From the IMG/VR virus record IMGVR_UViG_3300009550_000010, positions 12,906-76,905 of that record: a stretch of 64,000 nt of DNA. One strand, written 5' to 3'. Position numbers and translations under genes: made by a program. The first letter of the stretch is position 1; each line of letters starts with the position of its first letter. Origin of the DNA: a virus. The notes beneath the pieces were generated by a model, which was not told where the DNA came from, did no database searches, and was given only the letters and a program-made list of their open reading frames with translations. Shown one piece after another: positions 52,778 through 62,608 of this stretch.

Positions 52778-54452
52778 TCTTCGCCTTCTTGATATCTATT
52801 CCTGGTGCTTCAGTTGCCCCTTCTCCTTTGGCATTTGCCACATCTGGTTCTTTTGGAGTCTTACCTAATGCTTTGGCTGCTTCTATATCAGCGTCGATTC
52901 TACCTTGAACCATTTGGTTCTGCGTATCTAATGGGACTCCAATTCCTGATGCATTTTCTTCCTCCATCTCTTGTGTCATTTCTTCTATCTCTTCATCTGT
53001 CTGACGTAAGACTTTACGCTTGACGTAATCTCTAGAATAGTATGTGCCGATGTAAGGTTCGATTGCAACCATGATGTTCAATCTTTCAGTCATCAACTCA
53101 TGATCTTTGAGTTCTGCAAAATGATTATCATACTTATAATCAAACTGTATGTGCTCTGCCATCTTCTCGAAATCTTCGGGAGTGACAATGTTCTTGAGTA
53201 TAAGTTGAGTCTTGAGTAGATCAATGAATAAACCACTGAATCTCTTTCTCAGTCTACCAACAAACTTACTGAACATAAGTTCGTCTCTTAGTATCTCTGA
53301 TGATCTACCTAGATTGAATCCATCATTAGCACCAATACGTGACTCAGGTACGTTTAGTGAACGATATAATTTCTTCTGGAAGTAATCAATATCAGTCAGT
53401 TCACCTAAGTTCTGTCCACCAGGCAGTGTAGTAATCTCAGTTCCTCTTCCACCCTCTCTTCTAGGTAACCAGAAATCTTCAAGCATAGACATGAACTTCT
53501 TGTCATCCTTGATCTCACCAGTGTTAGCATCATATACTAACTTGTTTCTATAGCGAGACATTACATCACGAAGGTATTGCTCTGCCTTTACCTTTGGTAG
53601 ATTACCAACGTCAATATAAAATATTCTTCTTTCTGGTGCTCTCGATAATCTGTAGATAACAAGAGAGTCCTCAATCATACGTAACTGATTAAGTCCTTTG
53701 ATTGCCTTGTGAAGATAAGAGAGAGTAAGTTTTTTATTCCTATCTACTAATCCAGAATGTACATGAGTTATAGAATCTTTTGCTATTTTTATACCTTTAC
53801 CTGCAACTGAACCATACTTCTGTGCCATACCTTGAGGATAGTATGTGTAGAATTCTTTTACTTCAGCATCTCTGACAGCAGTTGTCTCACCTGCGTATGG
53901 TAAAACAGGTATGCCTTGTGTGCCTTTAGGTCCTCTATCTTTCTTCTGTACTCTCATCAACTTGAGTTTGAGAGAGTCAATATATCTTACTTCCTGTATA
54001 CCTTCGTCTGGTTTTTGTACGTCAATTACCTTATGATAATATAATCTACCATCTACATACCAGTTTCTGAATATCTCATGTGCTTTTTTATCGAACTGCA
54101 ATAAGTCCTTGACTCCCTTAAACTCTTCTCTTATAACCTTTCTCATGTTTTCACTAACAGGAAGATTATCAAGATTGATTTCTACAGGACTATCATTACT
54201 GTCAGATACAATCGCCTCATTTACAACATGCTCAATCGCTGTGTCACACTCTGGATGAAGTGACATATCACGATATCTTTTTATTACATCAAACTCTGTA
54301 CGGAATACTCCTTCTATATCTACATACTGACCATAAAAACCACTGGACAGAAAATAATCAGCCCCGTCCTCATTATTCTGAGGAACAGGACTGACAATAT
54401 TCTTATTCTCTTTGTTGGGTTCGGGTAGCCCAAACCCAAAAAGTTTTGCCAT
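52773..54452 (-). CDS. gp20: Portal protein (gp20)
   Basis: WYVDGR, IYRLSRAPERRIFYIDVGNLP, EDFWLPRREGGRGTEI. Confidence 0.97.
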   Translation of the reverse strand: MAKLFGFGLPEPNKENKNIVSPVPQNNEDGADYFLSSGFYGQYVDIEGVFRTEFDVIKRYRDMSLHPECDTAIEHVVNEAIVSDSNDSPVEINLDNLPVSENMRKVIREEFKGVKDLLQFDKKAHEIFRNWYVDGRLYYHKVIDVQKPDEGIQEVRYIDSLKLKLMRVQKKDRGPKGTQGIPVLPYAGETTAVRDAEVKEFYTYYPQGMAQKYGSVAGKGIKIAKDSITHVHSGLVDRNKKLTLSYLHKAIKGLNQLRMIEDSLVIYRLSRAPERRIFYIDVGNLPKVKAEQYLRDVMSRYRNKLVYDANTGEIKDDKKFMSMLEDFWLPRREGGRGTEITTLPGGQNLGELTDIDYFQKKLYRSLNVPESRIGANDGFNLGRSSEILRDELMFSKFVGRLRKRFSGLFIDLLKTQLILKNIVTPEDFEKMAEHIQFDYKYDNHFAELKDHELMTERLNIMVAIEPYIGTYYSRDYVKRKVLRQTDEEIEEMTQEMEEENASGIGVPLDTQNQMVQGRIDADIEAAKALGKTPKEPDVANAKGEGATEAPGIDIKKAKI

Positions 54453-54475
54453 AATTATATTTTACTGTGTTGACC

Positions 54476-54483
54476 TATTTATT
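54476..54483 (-). promoter_or_regulatory. T4-type late promoter
   Basis: AATAAATA upstream of gp20. Confidence 0.7.
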
Positions 54484-55117
54484 ATACTACAGAATCGTTA
54501 GAATTGCCATCATATGCTTCCCACCACTGGACTTGGAGGGTAACTTGGAATTCTTCGATTACATCTGCTGTATCGTATGATAGTTCTACAGGACTTACCT
54601 GACTTGGCCAGCAACCATGCATTTGATATCTTCTGAGCACTGGTAGTGTAGCACCACTATTTTCTCCTCTTGTATTGAGGTCAGTAGATGCACGACCTAA
54701 TTGGTTTACAATCCAGTCTGCAAAATAATCAGATGGGTTGATTGTACCAGATCCGTCGGATACTTTGATGATGAAGTTTGACCATCTTTCAAATGCTTCT
54801 CTAAGTTTGAAGTCTCCATCGTTGATGACTGTAATTGTCCATGGGTCGAATCTTCTGTCACCTGCCACCTTGAGTTGTCTTCCTCTAAAAGGAACGACTA
54901 CTTCAGCGATGTTTGATGCGGGTAACTGTGCACCCTTGATCATCATTCTGTGTCTTGTATTCTCAATCTCTTCATCGAAAATACCTACACCTGAAGGGAA
55001 GTCCATCTCAACCTCAAAGAGGTTTGGACGAGCACCACCCTGTACCAACCTTGATTTGAAAGAGTCAATTGACCTCTCATTATTTGGTATGGAAAAAATG
55101 TTTCTGTCTAATGCCAT
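54482..55117 (-). CDS. gp19: Tail tube protein (gp19)
   Basis: ARPNLFEV, FRGRQLKVAGDRRFDPWTITV, EEFQVTL. Confidence 0.95.
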   Translation of the reverse strand: MALDRNIFSIPNNERSIDSFKSRLVQGGARPNLFEVEMDFPSGVGIFDEEIENTRHRMMIKGAQLPASNIAEVVVPFRGRQLKVAGDRRFDPWTITVINDGDFKLREAFERWSNFIIKVSDGSGTINPSDYFADWIVNQLGRASTDLNTRGENSGATLPVLRRYQMHGCWPSQVSPVELSYDTADVIEEFQVTLQVQWWEAYDGNSNDSVV

Positions 55118-55135
55118 AATTGTGTGGGTCTCCTA

Positions 55136-57340
55136 TTACACAGTTCCTACAACTTCACTGAAGGAAACTCCAGTTCTTGTAGCAACAAATGTTAGACCAA
55201 TGAAGTTAATTGATCTTGCTGGTTTGATGAATATGTCAGCAAGGAACTCATTGCGGTCTATTACATCAGGTGTGTTGTTTGTATCGTCACAAACAAGTAA
55301 GAAGTCTTGAATACCTCTCTTTGCTTGTACGTCACGTAAGAATGGTTCAACGATATTGACAAAGTTTTGTCTAGTTCCAGCATCGTTGAGTTCAAAGAGC
55401 ACTGACTTAGCAGCGTTCTCTATTGATTTCTCAAGTGTGATAAACAATCTTCTAACGTTGATTCTATCGAATGCACTCTCAACTGCCATTGCAGTCTTGT
55501 CACCGAATAGAATTACACCGTCGCCAGGTCTTGAGATAACTGGGTTGATTCTTTGTGAATACAACTGATCTCTCGCATCTTGGCCAGGATTGAATGCCAA
55601 CTTGACTGTGAAGTTTAGTCCACCTCTTACCAAACCTGCTGGTGAGAACCAAGGGAACTGATCTCTATCTGTTCTTACACATAGACCTGCTATGTCTGCT
55701 GATATTGGGATGTAAACAAACTTCTTATTGAACCTATCGTAAACGTACTGGTAACCAGTATCGAATATTGCATAAGATGATGCTGTGACAGGACCAAAGA
55801 AACCTAATACATTTTTGAGTTGATCTGCAGGGTCAGCAACGTTGACTGTTGACGCTCTGTTTGGTGAGATGAATGTAATACAATCTTTTCTCAACTCACA
55901 GATCGAAATCAATTTGTTTGCTTTCGCCTGTTCTTCTGCTTGACTTCCGTGTGCACTACCTTGTAATAAGAATCTGATGTCGCTGTTTACGTCATCATTG
56001 AACTTATCATATGCATTTAGAATATCTCCTAGTGGAGGATTGTAAAGACCAATTCCAGTGTAGTCTCTGCCTGATTCTAACTTATAACCTGCATTACCTA
56101 TTGAGGAGAACTTATTGTTTCTTGCTTCTTGTCCCCATGAACCAGCTGCGTCTGTAACTGCTGTGAATCCAGAAGAATAACCTGATGCTGTAACGACTGT
56201 ACCATGATGTGCATCGTCTGCAGCAGTTACATGTTGTCCAGACCAGATGTACTCTGAGTTGGATGCAAGGAAGTTCTTATAGTAGATTGGTGCTCCACCT
56301 ATTCCTTGAGCATCAGATGCTTTGGATAGATTTCCAAACTTCTCTACGATAGATCCTGGTTCCTCTGTGAGTTTACCATCAACATCTACAACCACAACGT
56401 TTACTGCGTCGTTTCTACCGTTTCTAGATCTTGTAAAATTACTGTCTTTCGGCTTGTTGAGTACTGCTCTCCATTTTACTGTGGTTAGGTCTGTTCCACC
56501 ATCTGCCACACTTGTAAGAATGTTCTGCTGATCGTACCAATCAACCACTACATGTGAAGGAGATCCACCTGCTGATGAAGCAACGTTTGTTCCTGAAGCG
56601 TTAGTAAAGTAAATACCAGTTCCGTCTTTGAACTCGAACTGTGAGTTTGATTGATAGTCAACCAAGGTCTCTGTACCACCAATAACTGTACTTACAACCT
56701 TGACATCAACTGTAGTTCCAGACTTACCAGCAACAATTCCTTTTAGAATTCCGCTTGCAGCAGCAGTAGTACCAACACCGACTGTGACTCCAGTCAATGC
56801 TTGAGTAATACCTGCTCCAACAACAACATCAGAAATGTCACCACCTGTAAATGTTGGTGTGACTGTCTGGTCAGCGAAGTTGTCAATGATCGCTACCTTG
56901 ACTCCGTTATTGTAGTCGCCAGGATATTTACCTGCGAAATACCAAGTTGTGTCGTCTTGTTTGTTGTTGTTCCAATCATCGTAGTTCTCAACTTTAAGTG
57001 AACTACCGTAGATACCACCCAATGCAGAGGTGTTCACACCAGCGTTTGCATTGTTTAGATCTCCACCTGCTGATCTTACTACGTCTAATTTTCCACCGTA
57101 TGAAAGAAAATTTGCTGCAGAATACCAGCACTCGTAATGCCTATCAGTTGTTCCGACACCAGGTGTGCCGAATACATCTATTAATTCTTTCTCGTTGTTT
57201 ATTCTAGTAATTTCATTGACAGGTCCTCTTTTAAAAGGAGCAGCTAAACCCGCAACGACGTTTAGACTGAAATCCACAGCCCCACGGGTTAAATCAACTT
57301 CTCTTACTGAAATACCTGGAGATGCTAATCGAAGTGCCAT
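55136..57340 (-). CDS. gp18: Tail sheath protein (gp18)
   Basis: SPGISVREVD, PWFSPAG, FDRINVRRLF, IKPARSINFI. Confidence 0.97.
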   Translation of the reverse strand: MALRLASPGISVREVDLTRGAVDFSLNVVAGLAAPFKRGPVNEITRINNEKELIDVFGTPGVGTTDRHYECWYSAANFLSYGGKLDVVRSAGGDLNNANAGVNTSALGGIYGSSLKVENYDDWNNNKQDDTTWYFAGKYPGDYNNGVKVAIIDNFADQTVTPTFTGGDISDVVVGAGITQALTGVTVGVGTTAAASGILKGIVAGKSGTTVDVKVVSTVIGGTETLVDYQSNSQFEFKDGTGIYFTNASGTNVASSAGGSPSHVVVDWYDQQNILTSVADGGTDLTTVKWRAVLNKPKDSNFTRSRNGRNDAVNVVVVDVDGKLTEEPGSIVEKFGNLSKASDAQGIGGAPIYYKNFLASNSEYIWSGQHVTAADDAHHGTVVTASGYSSGFTAVTDAAGSWGQEARNNKFSSIGNAGYKLESGRDYTGIGLYNPPLGDILNAYDKFNDDVNSDIRFLLQGSAHGSQAEEQAKANKLISICELRKDCITFISPNRASTVNVADPADQLKNVLGFFGPVTASSYAIFDTGYQYVYDRFNKKFVYIPISADIAGLCVRTDRDQFPWFSPAGLVRGGLNFTVKLAFNPGQDARDQLYSQRINPVISRPGDGVILFGDKTAMAVESAFDRINVRRLFITLEKSIENAAKSVLFELNDAGTRQNFVNIVEPFLRDVQAKRGIQDFLLVCDDTNNTPDVIDRNEFLADIFIKPARSINFIGLTFVATRTGVSFSEVVGTV

Positions 57341-57377
57341 CCTAACTCCCTACAGTACCATAACTTTTGACTGAAAC

Positions 57378-57385
57378 TATTTAGA
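57378..57385 (-). promoter_or_regulatory. T4-type late promoter
   Basis: TCTAAATA upstream of gp18. Confidence 0.7.
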
Positions 57386-57396
57386 AAAACCAGTAT

Positions 57397-58008
57397 TTAT
57401 GTATAGTTTCTAACGGAAACTCCACTTATATCTGAATAGTTTTTAGAAGGTTGTAAAGATTTCAAAACCTCGGTTCCCCACCTACCCGATGTTATCTGTA
57501 AAAATTTTATACCGTGCTCTTTAGCAATACGCTTACAATGATCAACATCCTTTTCATTATAATTGAACACAATGTATTGCCACTGTGTCTTGACACCAAA
57601 AGAAGCACACCTCAACATAATATCGTATAATTTTTTTCCATCTTGATTTACTCTGTACTTGTTACTATCCTGTGGCAGACCATCAATAGCAAATATCCAC
57701 TCTACATTTTTACCCATAGACATCATGAAAGATTTTGTCCACCATATTTTTGGTTTGACTGCCACAGCAGTCTGCACTACTACTTTTCTATTCTTCCTTA
57801 TGCATATTGCTAACAACTCATGAAACTTTGGATGTAGTGTGGGATCTGACACCTGACCACAAAATGTTATTGCTTCAAAAAAGTCTGCAATCTTCTCCAT
57901 GTCAGATAGAGTAATATCAAAACCAGGTACATGTTTGAATTTTTCTCTAGCACAACCAGGACATTTATTAGTGCATCTATTAGATATATCTAAGTTGATT
58001 CCGTACAT
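57397..58008 (-). CDS. Radical SAM core domain protein
   Basis: LDISNRCTNKCPGC, FCGQVSDP, FAIDG, WQYIVFNYNE; start at ATG 58008. Confidence 0.85.
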   Translation of the reverse strand: MYGINLDISNRCTNKCPGCAREKFKHVPGFDITLSDMEKIADFFEAITFCGQVSDPTLHPKFHELLAICIRKNRKVVVQTAVAVKPKIWWTKSFMMSMGKNVEWIFAIDGLPQDSNKYRVNQDGKKLYDIMLRCASFGVKTQWQYIVFNYNEKDVDHCKRIAKEHGIKFLQITSGRWGTEVLKSLQPSKNYSDISGVSVRNYT

Positions 58009-58259
58009 GATCCACAATAATGATGACAAACATTAGGAGCATTTTTTGGATTGTTTTTTATAGTATCAAAAAAAGATTGCCACTCCTCTGATTGTATTAT
58101 ATCATTAATTGAATCTATATTCTCTACCTTGAATTTTTCCTGAACAAGTTCTGGTATGAGATCCATATTTTCATGATCCATCCAACAGCATGGCAGTAAG
58201 TACCCAGTAGCACTCCACCCCAAGAACCCCCACTTATCTAAACACTTAGGTGTAATCAT
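57990..58259 (-). CDS. Stand-alone SPASM/twitch-like Fe-S domain protein
   Basis: PKC..G.LLPCCW..N....I..S..W..VCHHYC. Confidence 0.72.
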   Translation of the reverse strand: MITPKCLDKWGFLGWSATGYLLPCCWMDHENMDLIPELVQEKFKVENIDSINDIIQSEEWQSFFDTIKNNPKNAPNVCHHYCGSCTEST

Positions 58260-59911
58260 CCATTATATTCCCACATGTAGGATCTATCTCCATACTCATC
58301 TGCCTTCTTCCATCTGTCACCTTCGGCATCTACCACCTCGTCATCCTCAAGTCCATCAAGCACAAAACCAAATGGTGCCATGTCTTGTTCTATAGCATTC
58401 TTTTGTTCTTCATATATTCTCTTTCTCACATCAGAATCAGTCATCTCTTTAAAATAGTCTTGTGCAACTAACCACGAGAATATAACCAGACACATAGCAA
58501 GGTCATCGTTACATCCATCTTCAGCCTCAAATGATTGTTTCTTAGAAATAAACGTAGTAAGTTCACTTATGATATTATAATCACAGAACGTCAGTTTGTC
58601 CTCTTCTATCAAGGTCTTCAGGTTTGAACAACCTATCTTCTTGGTTGTTGTGCTCATCTTGACACCCAACTGTGTTTTTACACCAGAGAATCCTGATCCT
58701 ACAATCTGACCAGCACGTCCTCTCATTGCAACCATGAGTAAGTTTTCATACTCTAAGTCATAGAATAATATAGAAGCAACCTGATCACCAATATCATTTA
58801 CCTCACATAGTACATAAGCATCGTTGTACGCTTTACCTACATCTTGAATGATAGAGGGAAAAAGCATGGGTTTGACTTGATTGTCTCTATAGGTAGCAAC
58901 GACTCTATAAGGAAACTCTGTAATGTCAGCTACTATAAAAGCACTGTAATCTTTTCCTACACCTCGTGCTACGTCAACAGTAACAATATAATCTCTACCC
59001 TTGAATGGTCTTTCGTATACTGATAATTTACCATTTTGTTCTACAGGTGTCTCATACACCAGTGCCTTTAATTTTGCTGCACTGATTAATGTATCAACAG
59101 ATCCTAAAAATTCACACTCGAACTCAATAGCAAACTGTTGTTTACTTGTGTTTCTTATTGTTTGTTCTTTCCACTTAGCATCTCTACCTGGCACTTCAGA
59201 CCAGTGAACTTCAGTTGCGACATATTCGTTGTTTCCTCTTTCAGCATCGTGCCACATTCTATAGAAGTGATTCATACCATGTGGTGTAGATACTATTATG
59301 ACCTTGGTCGATTTACCAGAAGATATAGTGGGATATACAGACGCAAAGAAATCATCTGCCAGATGGTTCTGCACGAAAGCAAATTCATCAAGGAAGATAA
59401 TGTTGAATGACATACCTCGAACTGCTGATGCTGATGTAGAAGCAGCAATAATTTTAGAACCGTTCTCTAGTTCTAATGAACCCTTGTTCCATGCAACAAT
59501 TCCCTGTTGCATCCACCTCGGCAAGTTCTCATATGCCATCTGTAATCTTCCGAGCAAATCTCTAGCAGTTGCTGCCTTGTTTGCGAGGATACCGATGTTG
59601 ACATTATCATTGAATATTGCATAGTGCAAAAGATATGATACCACTGTCGTTGACTTACCAGTCTGACGTGGCATTTTACAAATGTTGAATCTGTGTTTAT
59701 GGAAATTCTTGATTAACTTCTTCTGATACTTGTACATGTCAAAGGATACCAATCCCTCGTCCACGTTTACAATTTTTATATGTTTCTCAGTAAAATATAC
59801 TGGGTCACTCTTACATTTCAAGAACTCTACAATATGTTCTTCAGTAAATTCTTGAGTTGTGTTTGCCTTTTTTAGATTCGGATTACCAAGATAGATGTCA
59901 CTTGTAGGCAT
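58256..59911 (-). CDS. gp17: Terminase large subunit (gp17)
   Basis: PRQTGKST, FLDEFAF, STPHG, VDVARG, DDLAM. Confidence 0.97.
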   Translation of the reverse strand: MPTSDIYLGNPNLKKANTTQEFTEEHIVEFLKCKSDPVYFTEKHIKIVNVDEGLVSFDMYKYQKKLIKNFHKHRFNICKMPRQTGKSTTVVSYLLHYAIFNDNVNIGILANKAATARDLLGRLQMAYENLPRWMQQGIVAWNKGSLELENGSKIIAASTSASAVRGMSFNIIFLDEFAFVQNHLADDFFASVYPTISSGKSTKVIIVSTPHGMNHFYRMWHDAERGNNEYVATEVHWSEVPGRDAKWKEQTIRNTSKQQFAIEFECEFLGSVDTLISAAKLKALVYETPVEQNGKLSVYERPFKGRDYIVTVDVARGVGKDYSAFIVADITEFPYRVVATYRDNQVKPMLFPSIIQDVGKAYNDAYVLCEVNDIGDQVASILFYDLEYENLLMVAMRGRAGQIVGSGFSGVKTQLGVKMSTTTKKIGCSNLKTLIEEDKLTFCDYNIISELTTFISKKQSFEAEDGCNDDLAMCLVIFSWLVAQDYFKEMTDSDVRKRIYEEQKNAIEQDMAPFGFVLDGLEDDEVVDAEGDRWKKADEYGDRSYMWEYNG

Positions 59912-59914
59912 TAG

Positions 59915-60496
59915 TTACTCTTGTAAAGGTATGGATAAAATAAAGTCTGTAAATGTTTTCTGTTCTTTGACACTGAATGATGTTTTTCCATATGCCTTAT
60001 CAATTGCTTCGATACCATCTTTTATGCGATTTTTTCCTTTCTTCTTTTCTTTAGGTACGTCTTTCTTAGGTTCATCTTTTGGTTTATCTGCTTCTGGATT
60101 TTTCTGTGGGTCAACTTGACTCTTACCCTTATTTGTTATCTCATCACCCTTAGATTTTTTAGGATACTTTACACTTGGTGTGCTTGACTTAGAAGTCATT
60201 GTAGACTTTTTAGATTTAGCAATATCTCCACCAACTTCTGTTGCCTTTACGTCAATAGTAGGACCTGATTTTGGTTTTACTTTCTTTGCTACCTGTGCAG
60301 ATTTCTTTACCTCACCACCCATGACTTTAGGGTTGACAACTTTTGAACCAGACTTTGCAACCTTGCTACCTGCTTTTACAACCTTACCAGCACCTTTTGC
60401 TACTGCCATCGCTGCCTTTCCAACAACAGCAAGAGCACCTTCTTTCATCTCTTTTTTCTTCTTTATCCTCTTTAATGCTGAGTCTAGTCTGTCCAT
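59915..60496 (-). CDS. Lys-rich low-complexity protein (possible internal head protein)
   Basis: EMKE|GALA site, C-terminal KTFTDFI; late promoter at 60518. Confidence 0.7.
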   Translation of the reverse strand: MDRLDSALKRIKKKKEMKEGALAVVGKAAMAVAKGAGKVVKAGSKVAKSGSKVVNPKVMGGEVKKSAQVAKKVKPKSGPTIDVKATEVGGDIAKSKKSTMTSKSSTPSVKYPKKSKGDEITNKGKSQVDPQKNPEADKPKDEPKKDVPKEKKKGKNRIKDGIEAIDKAYGKTSFSVKEQKTFTDFILSIPLQE

Positions 60497-60500
60497 GTCA

Positions 60501-61136
60501 CTATGATTCCTTACCTATATTTAGTGAGATGTGATCTGCGATTATTTTATGTCCTTGTTTATTTGGATGACCACCAGATCTCGTATCACTTTTTTTGTAT
60601 TTTCCTTGACAATAGTTTTCTGGGTTTTTTATTCTTGTGCCAATTAAATCAGTCAAGCATGTGAGTGGTTTCTTATCCATGTTGCGATACCATGATGATT
60701 CTATTTTCATGACTTCTCTTTTGATTGTCACAAAATAATATTTTATATTTTTTGATTTGAAATAATTTTCAAGTAAAAATTTATTTTTATGAAAATTTGC
60801 CACATGTAAATTATCATTATGTAGATGCTCATAATATATTTTTGACAATTGCTTTGTATAACCATTTTTTAATACGTTACCTATACTAAGGTAATCATAA
60901 GCATCTCGTGATGACTGACGTATCTCTGTTCTTGATGGTTTTGTAAATTGTATTACTGCTAAATCAACCTTATTATTCTCACAATGATCTAATGTCGTAC
61001 GTAAAATACTATCATTTGATTTACCATTTTTACCCAAATTGATATGGTCTTTACCTATCAATGTAGAAAATCTATCTTTCTCAGGATTATCAAGTTCGTC
61101 ACCATAAGTCCAAGAACATCCATCAAATAAGATCAT
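60501..61136 (-). CDS. SGNH/GDSL hydrolase-like protein
   Basis: FDGCSWTYG, GKSND, GHPNKQGH; very AT-rich DNA. Confidence 0.75.
   Translation of the reverse strand: MILFDGCSWTYGDELDNPEKDRFSTLIGKDHINLGKNGKSNDSILRTTLDHCENNKVDLAVIQFTKPSRTEIRQSSRDAYDYLSIGNVLKNGYTKQLSKIYYEHLHNDNLHVANFHKNKFLLENYFKSKNIKYYFVTIKREVMKIESSWYRNMDKKPLTCLTDLIGTRIKNPENYCQGKYKKSDTRSGGHPNKQGHKIIADHISLNIGKES
60518..60525 (-). promoter_or_regulatory. T4-type late promoter
   Basis: ACTAAATA upstream of ATG 60496. Confidence 0.65.
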
Positions 61137-61145
61137 TCATTATTT

Positions 61146-61553
61146 TTATTCTTTATTATCTAGTATACCTTTCTTGAGCATCTTTTGAAGATCTGATGTG
61201 CTACCCACAAACATGGTATTGTTGGTTACATTTTTAGGACCTTGATCTTCTTCTAATGCCTTCATTTTTTTCTGTAGATCTACTATCTTATCAGTGACAT
61301 CTCCAACATGCTTTATTAATTGACCTGCAACTTCATATGCTCTTGGATGCTGTGAGTCCTGACATACATCAAGAATACCGTTCACTGCCTCCTGTCCTTT
61401 CTCTACAAGATTATATAACTGTGCACGACTATACTCATAGTCTTGTTGTGGTGCATCCCCACTAACTTGCACAACCTTCTTTTTAGGTTTGATGCGTTCT
61501 GTAATTTCTGCTTTGACTTCTAGTGCTTTGTCAATAGCGTCATAGTTTTCCAT
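61146..61553 (-). CDS. gp16: Terminase small subunit (gp16)
   Basis: DYEYSR..LY..EKG, HPRAYEV, FVGSTSDLQK. Confidence 0.92.
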   Translation of the reverse strand: MENYDAIDKALEVKAEITERIKPKKKVVQVSGDAPQQDYEYSRAQLYNLVEKGQEAVNGILDVCQDSQHPRAYEVAGQLIKHVGDVTDKIVDLQKKMKALEEDQGPKNVTNNTMFVGSTSDLQKMLKKGILDNKE

Positions 61554-62608
61554 TAGTTATTCTCTACATCCTGTCCTTGTTGAGGACTGAAGGTTTGACC
61601 ATCTTCACCGAAGAACGATCTGGTTTCACTGAATCCAAAATCATCACCGACTTCAATAAGACCTGAGTCAACAGCATCTACCTGACTTACAACAGCACCA
61701 TCAAAGTGCTCTGTAATCGCAGATCCATACTGTCCTCTCTTGACGATAATGTTATTACCATCGATCTCTGTAATAAACATTACTTCCTTATCTATCTCAA
61801 TATATGTCTTAGTAGAGAGAGATGCAGCAGAATTGACTCTGACAAGAGTTTTCGTTTTATCCACACTTGCAGTTATATTTGTTGCTGTATCATCATTATA
61901 ATCTTTAGTTGCTGTAGGTGTAACAGTATATCTTTGTGCTCTAGGTGCTCTGATATTAGTTGAGTAGTCGATTTGTACTTTCTTGATTACACCCTGCTCA
62001 TCAGTCGGAACCTCTTGATAAAAATATGTCTTACATACGAAGTCTAGATCATACTGTATAAATCTACGAGTAGAAAAATCTCCTTCATACTCATCAACAA
62101 ACGATACATTTCTAAGAGTGAATGGTATATCTCTTTTCTCATCAGCACCCTCAAGCATATTAACAGTAACCTGATAAGATGGTTGAAAGAATGGTAGTAT
62201 CTGTTCAATTATTTGTAGTGCATCATCTTGCAACTTACATGCAAAACTCATTCTAAAACCTATGTCATATGGCACAGGTAAAAACATTTTCTTTACTTTC
62301 TTTTTATCACCTGGTGTTGCAAAGAAAAACTTTTGTATAGGCGATGCTTTTCTTGATGAATCGTAAGTATATGATTGCAACTCAAATGATATTCTAGGTA
62401 ATGTTATGGCAACATTATCATCAAAGTTTCCTTGCTGTTCAATACGTGCCAAAAATCTTTGCATAGGTCCGTATGCAATCGGAACCTTTACTGTGCTGAT
62501 AGATCTTCCATCAGAAGCAAATTTTTTGATATTAATATTATTGAATAACGTACCGAATGCTATTACTGACTTTCGGATAGTTTCATTGTAGAAAAAATTA
62601 CCTAACAT
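61553..62608 (-). CDS. gp15: Tail sheath stabiliser/terminator (gp15)
   Basis: FGTLFNNI, VPIAYGP, LPRISFE, QIIEQILPFFQP. Confidence 0.94.
   Translation of the reverse strand: MLGNFFYNETIRKSVIAFGTLFNNINIKKFASDGRSISTVKVPIAYGPMQRFLARIEQQGNFDDNVAITLPRISFELQSYTYDSSRKASPIQKFFFATPGDKKKVKKMFLPVPYDIGFRMSFACKLQDDALQIIEQILPFFQPSYQVTVNMLEGADEKRDIPFTLRNVSFVDEYEGDFSTRRFIQYDLDFVCKTYFYQEVPTDEQGVIKKVQIDYSTNIRAPRAQRYTVTPTATKDYNDDTATNITASVDKTKTLVRVNSAASLSTKTYIEIDKEVMFITEIDGNNIIVKRGQYGSAITEHFDGAVVSQVDAVDSGLIEVGDDFGFSETRSFFGEDGQTFSPQQGQDVENN

Noticed and set aside
54738-55310. 190-aa plus-strand ORF
   Set aside because: Antisense shadow of gp19/gp18
10437-59911. Introns or inteins in nrdA, nrdB, gp61, gp41, gp43, gp20 and gp17
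   Set aside because: All are continuous ORFs of normal length with no intein C/S..HN motifs noticed
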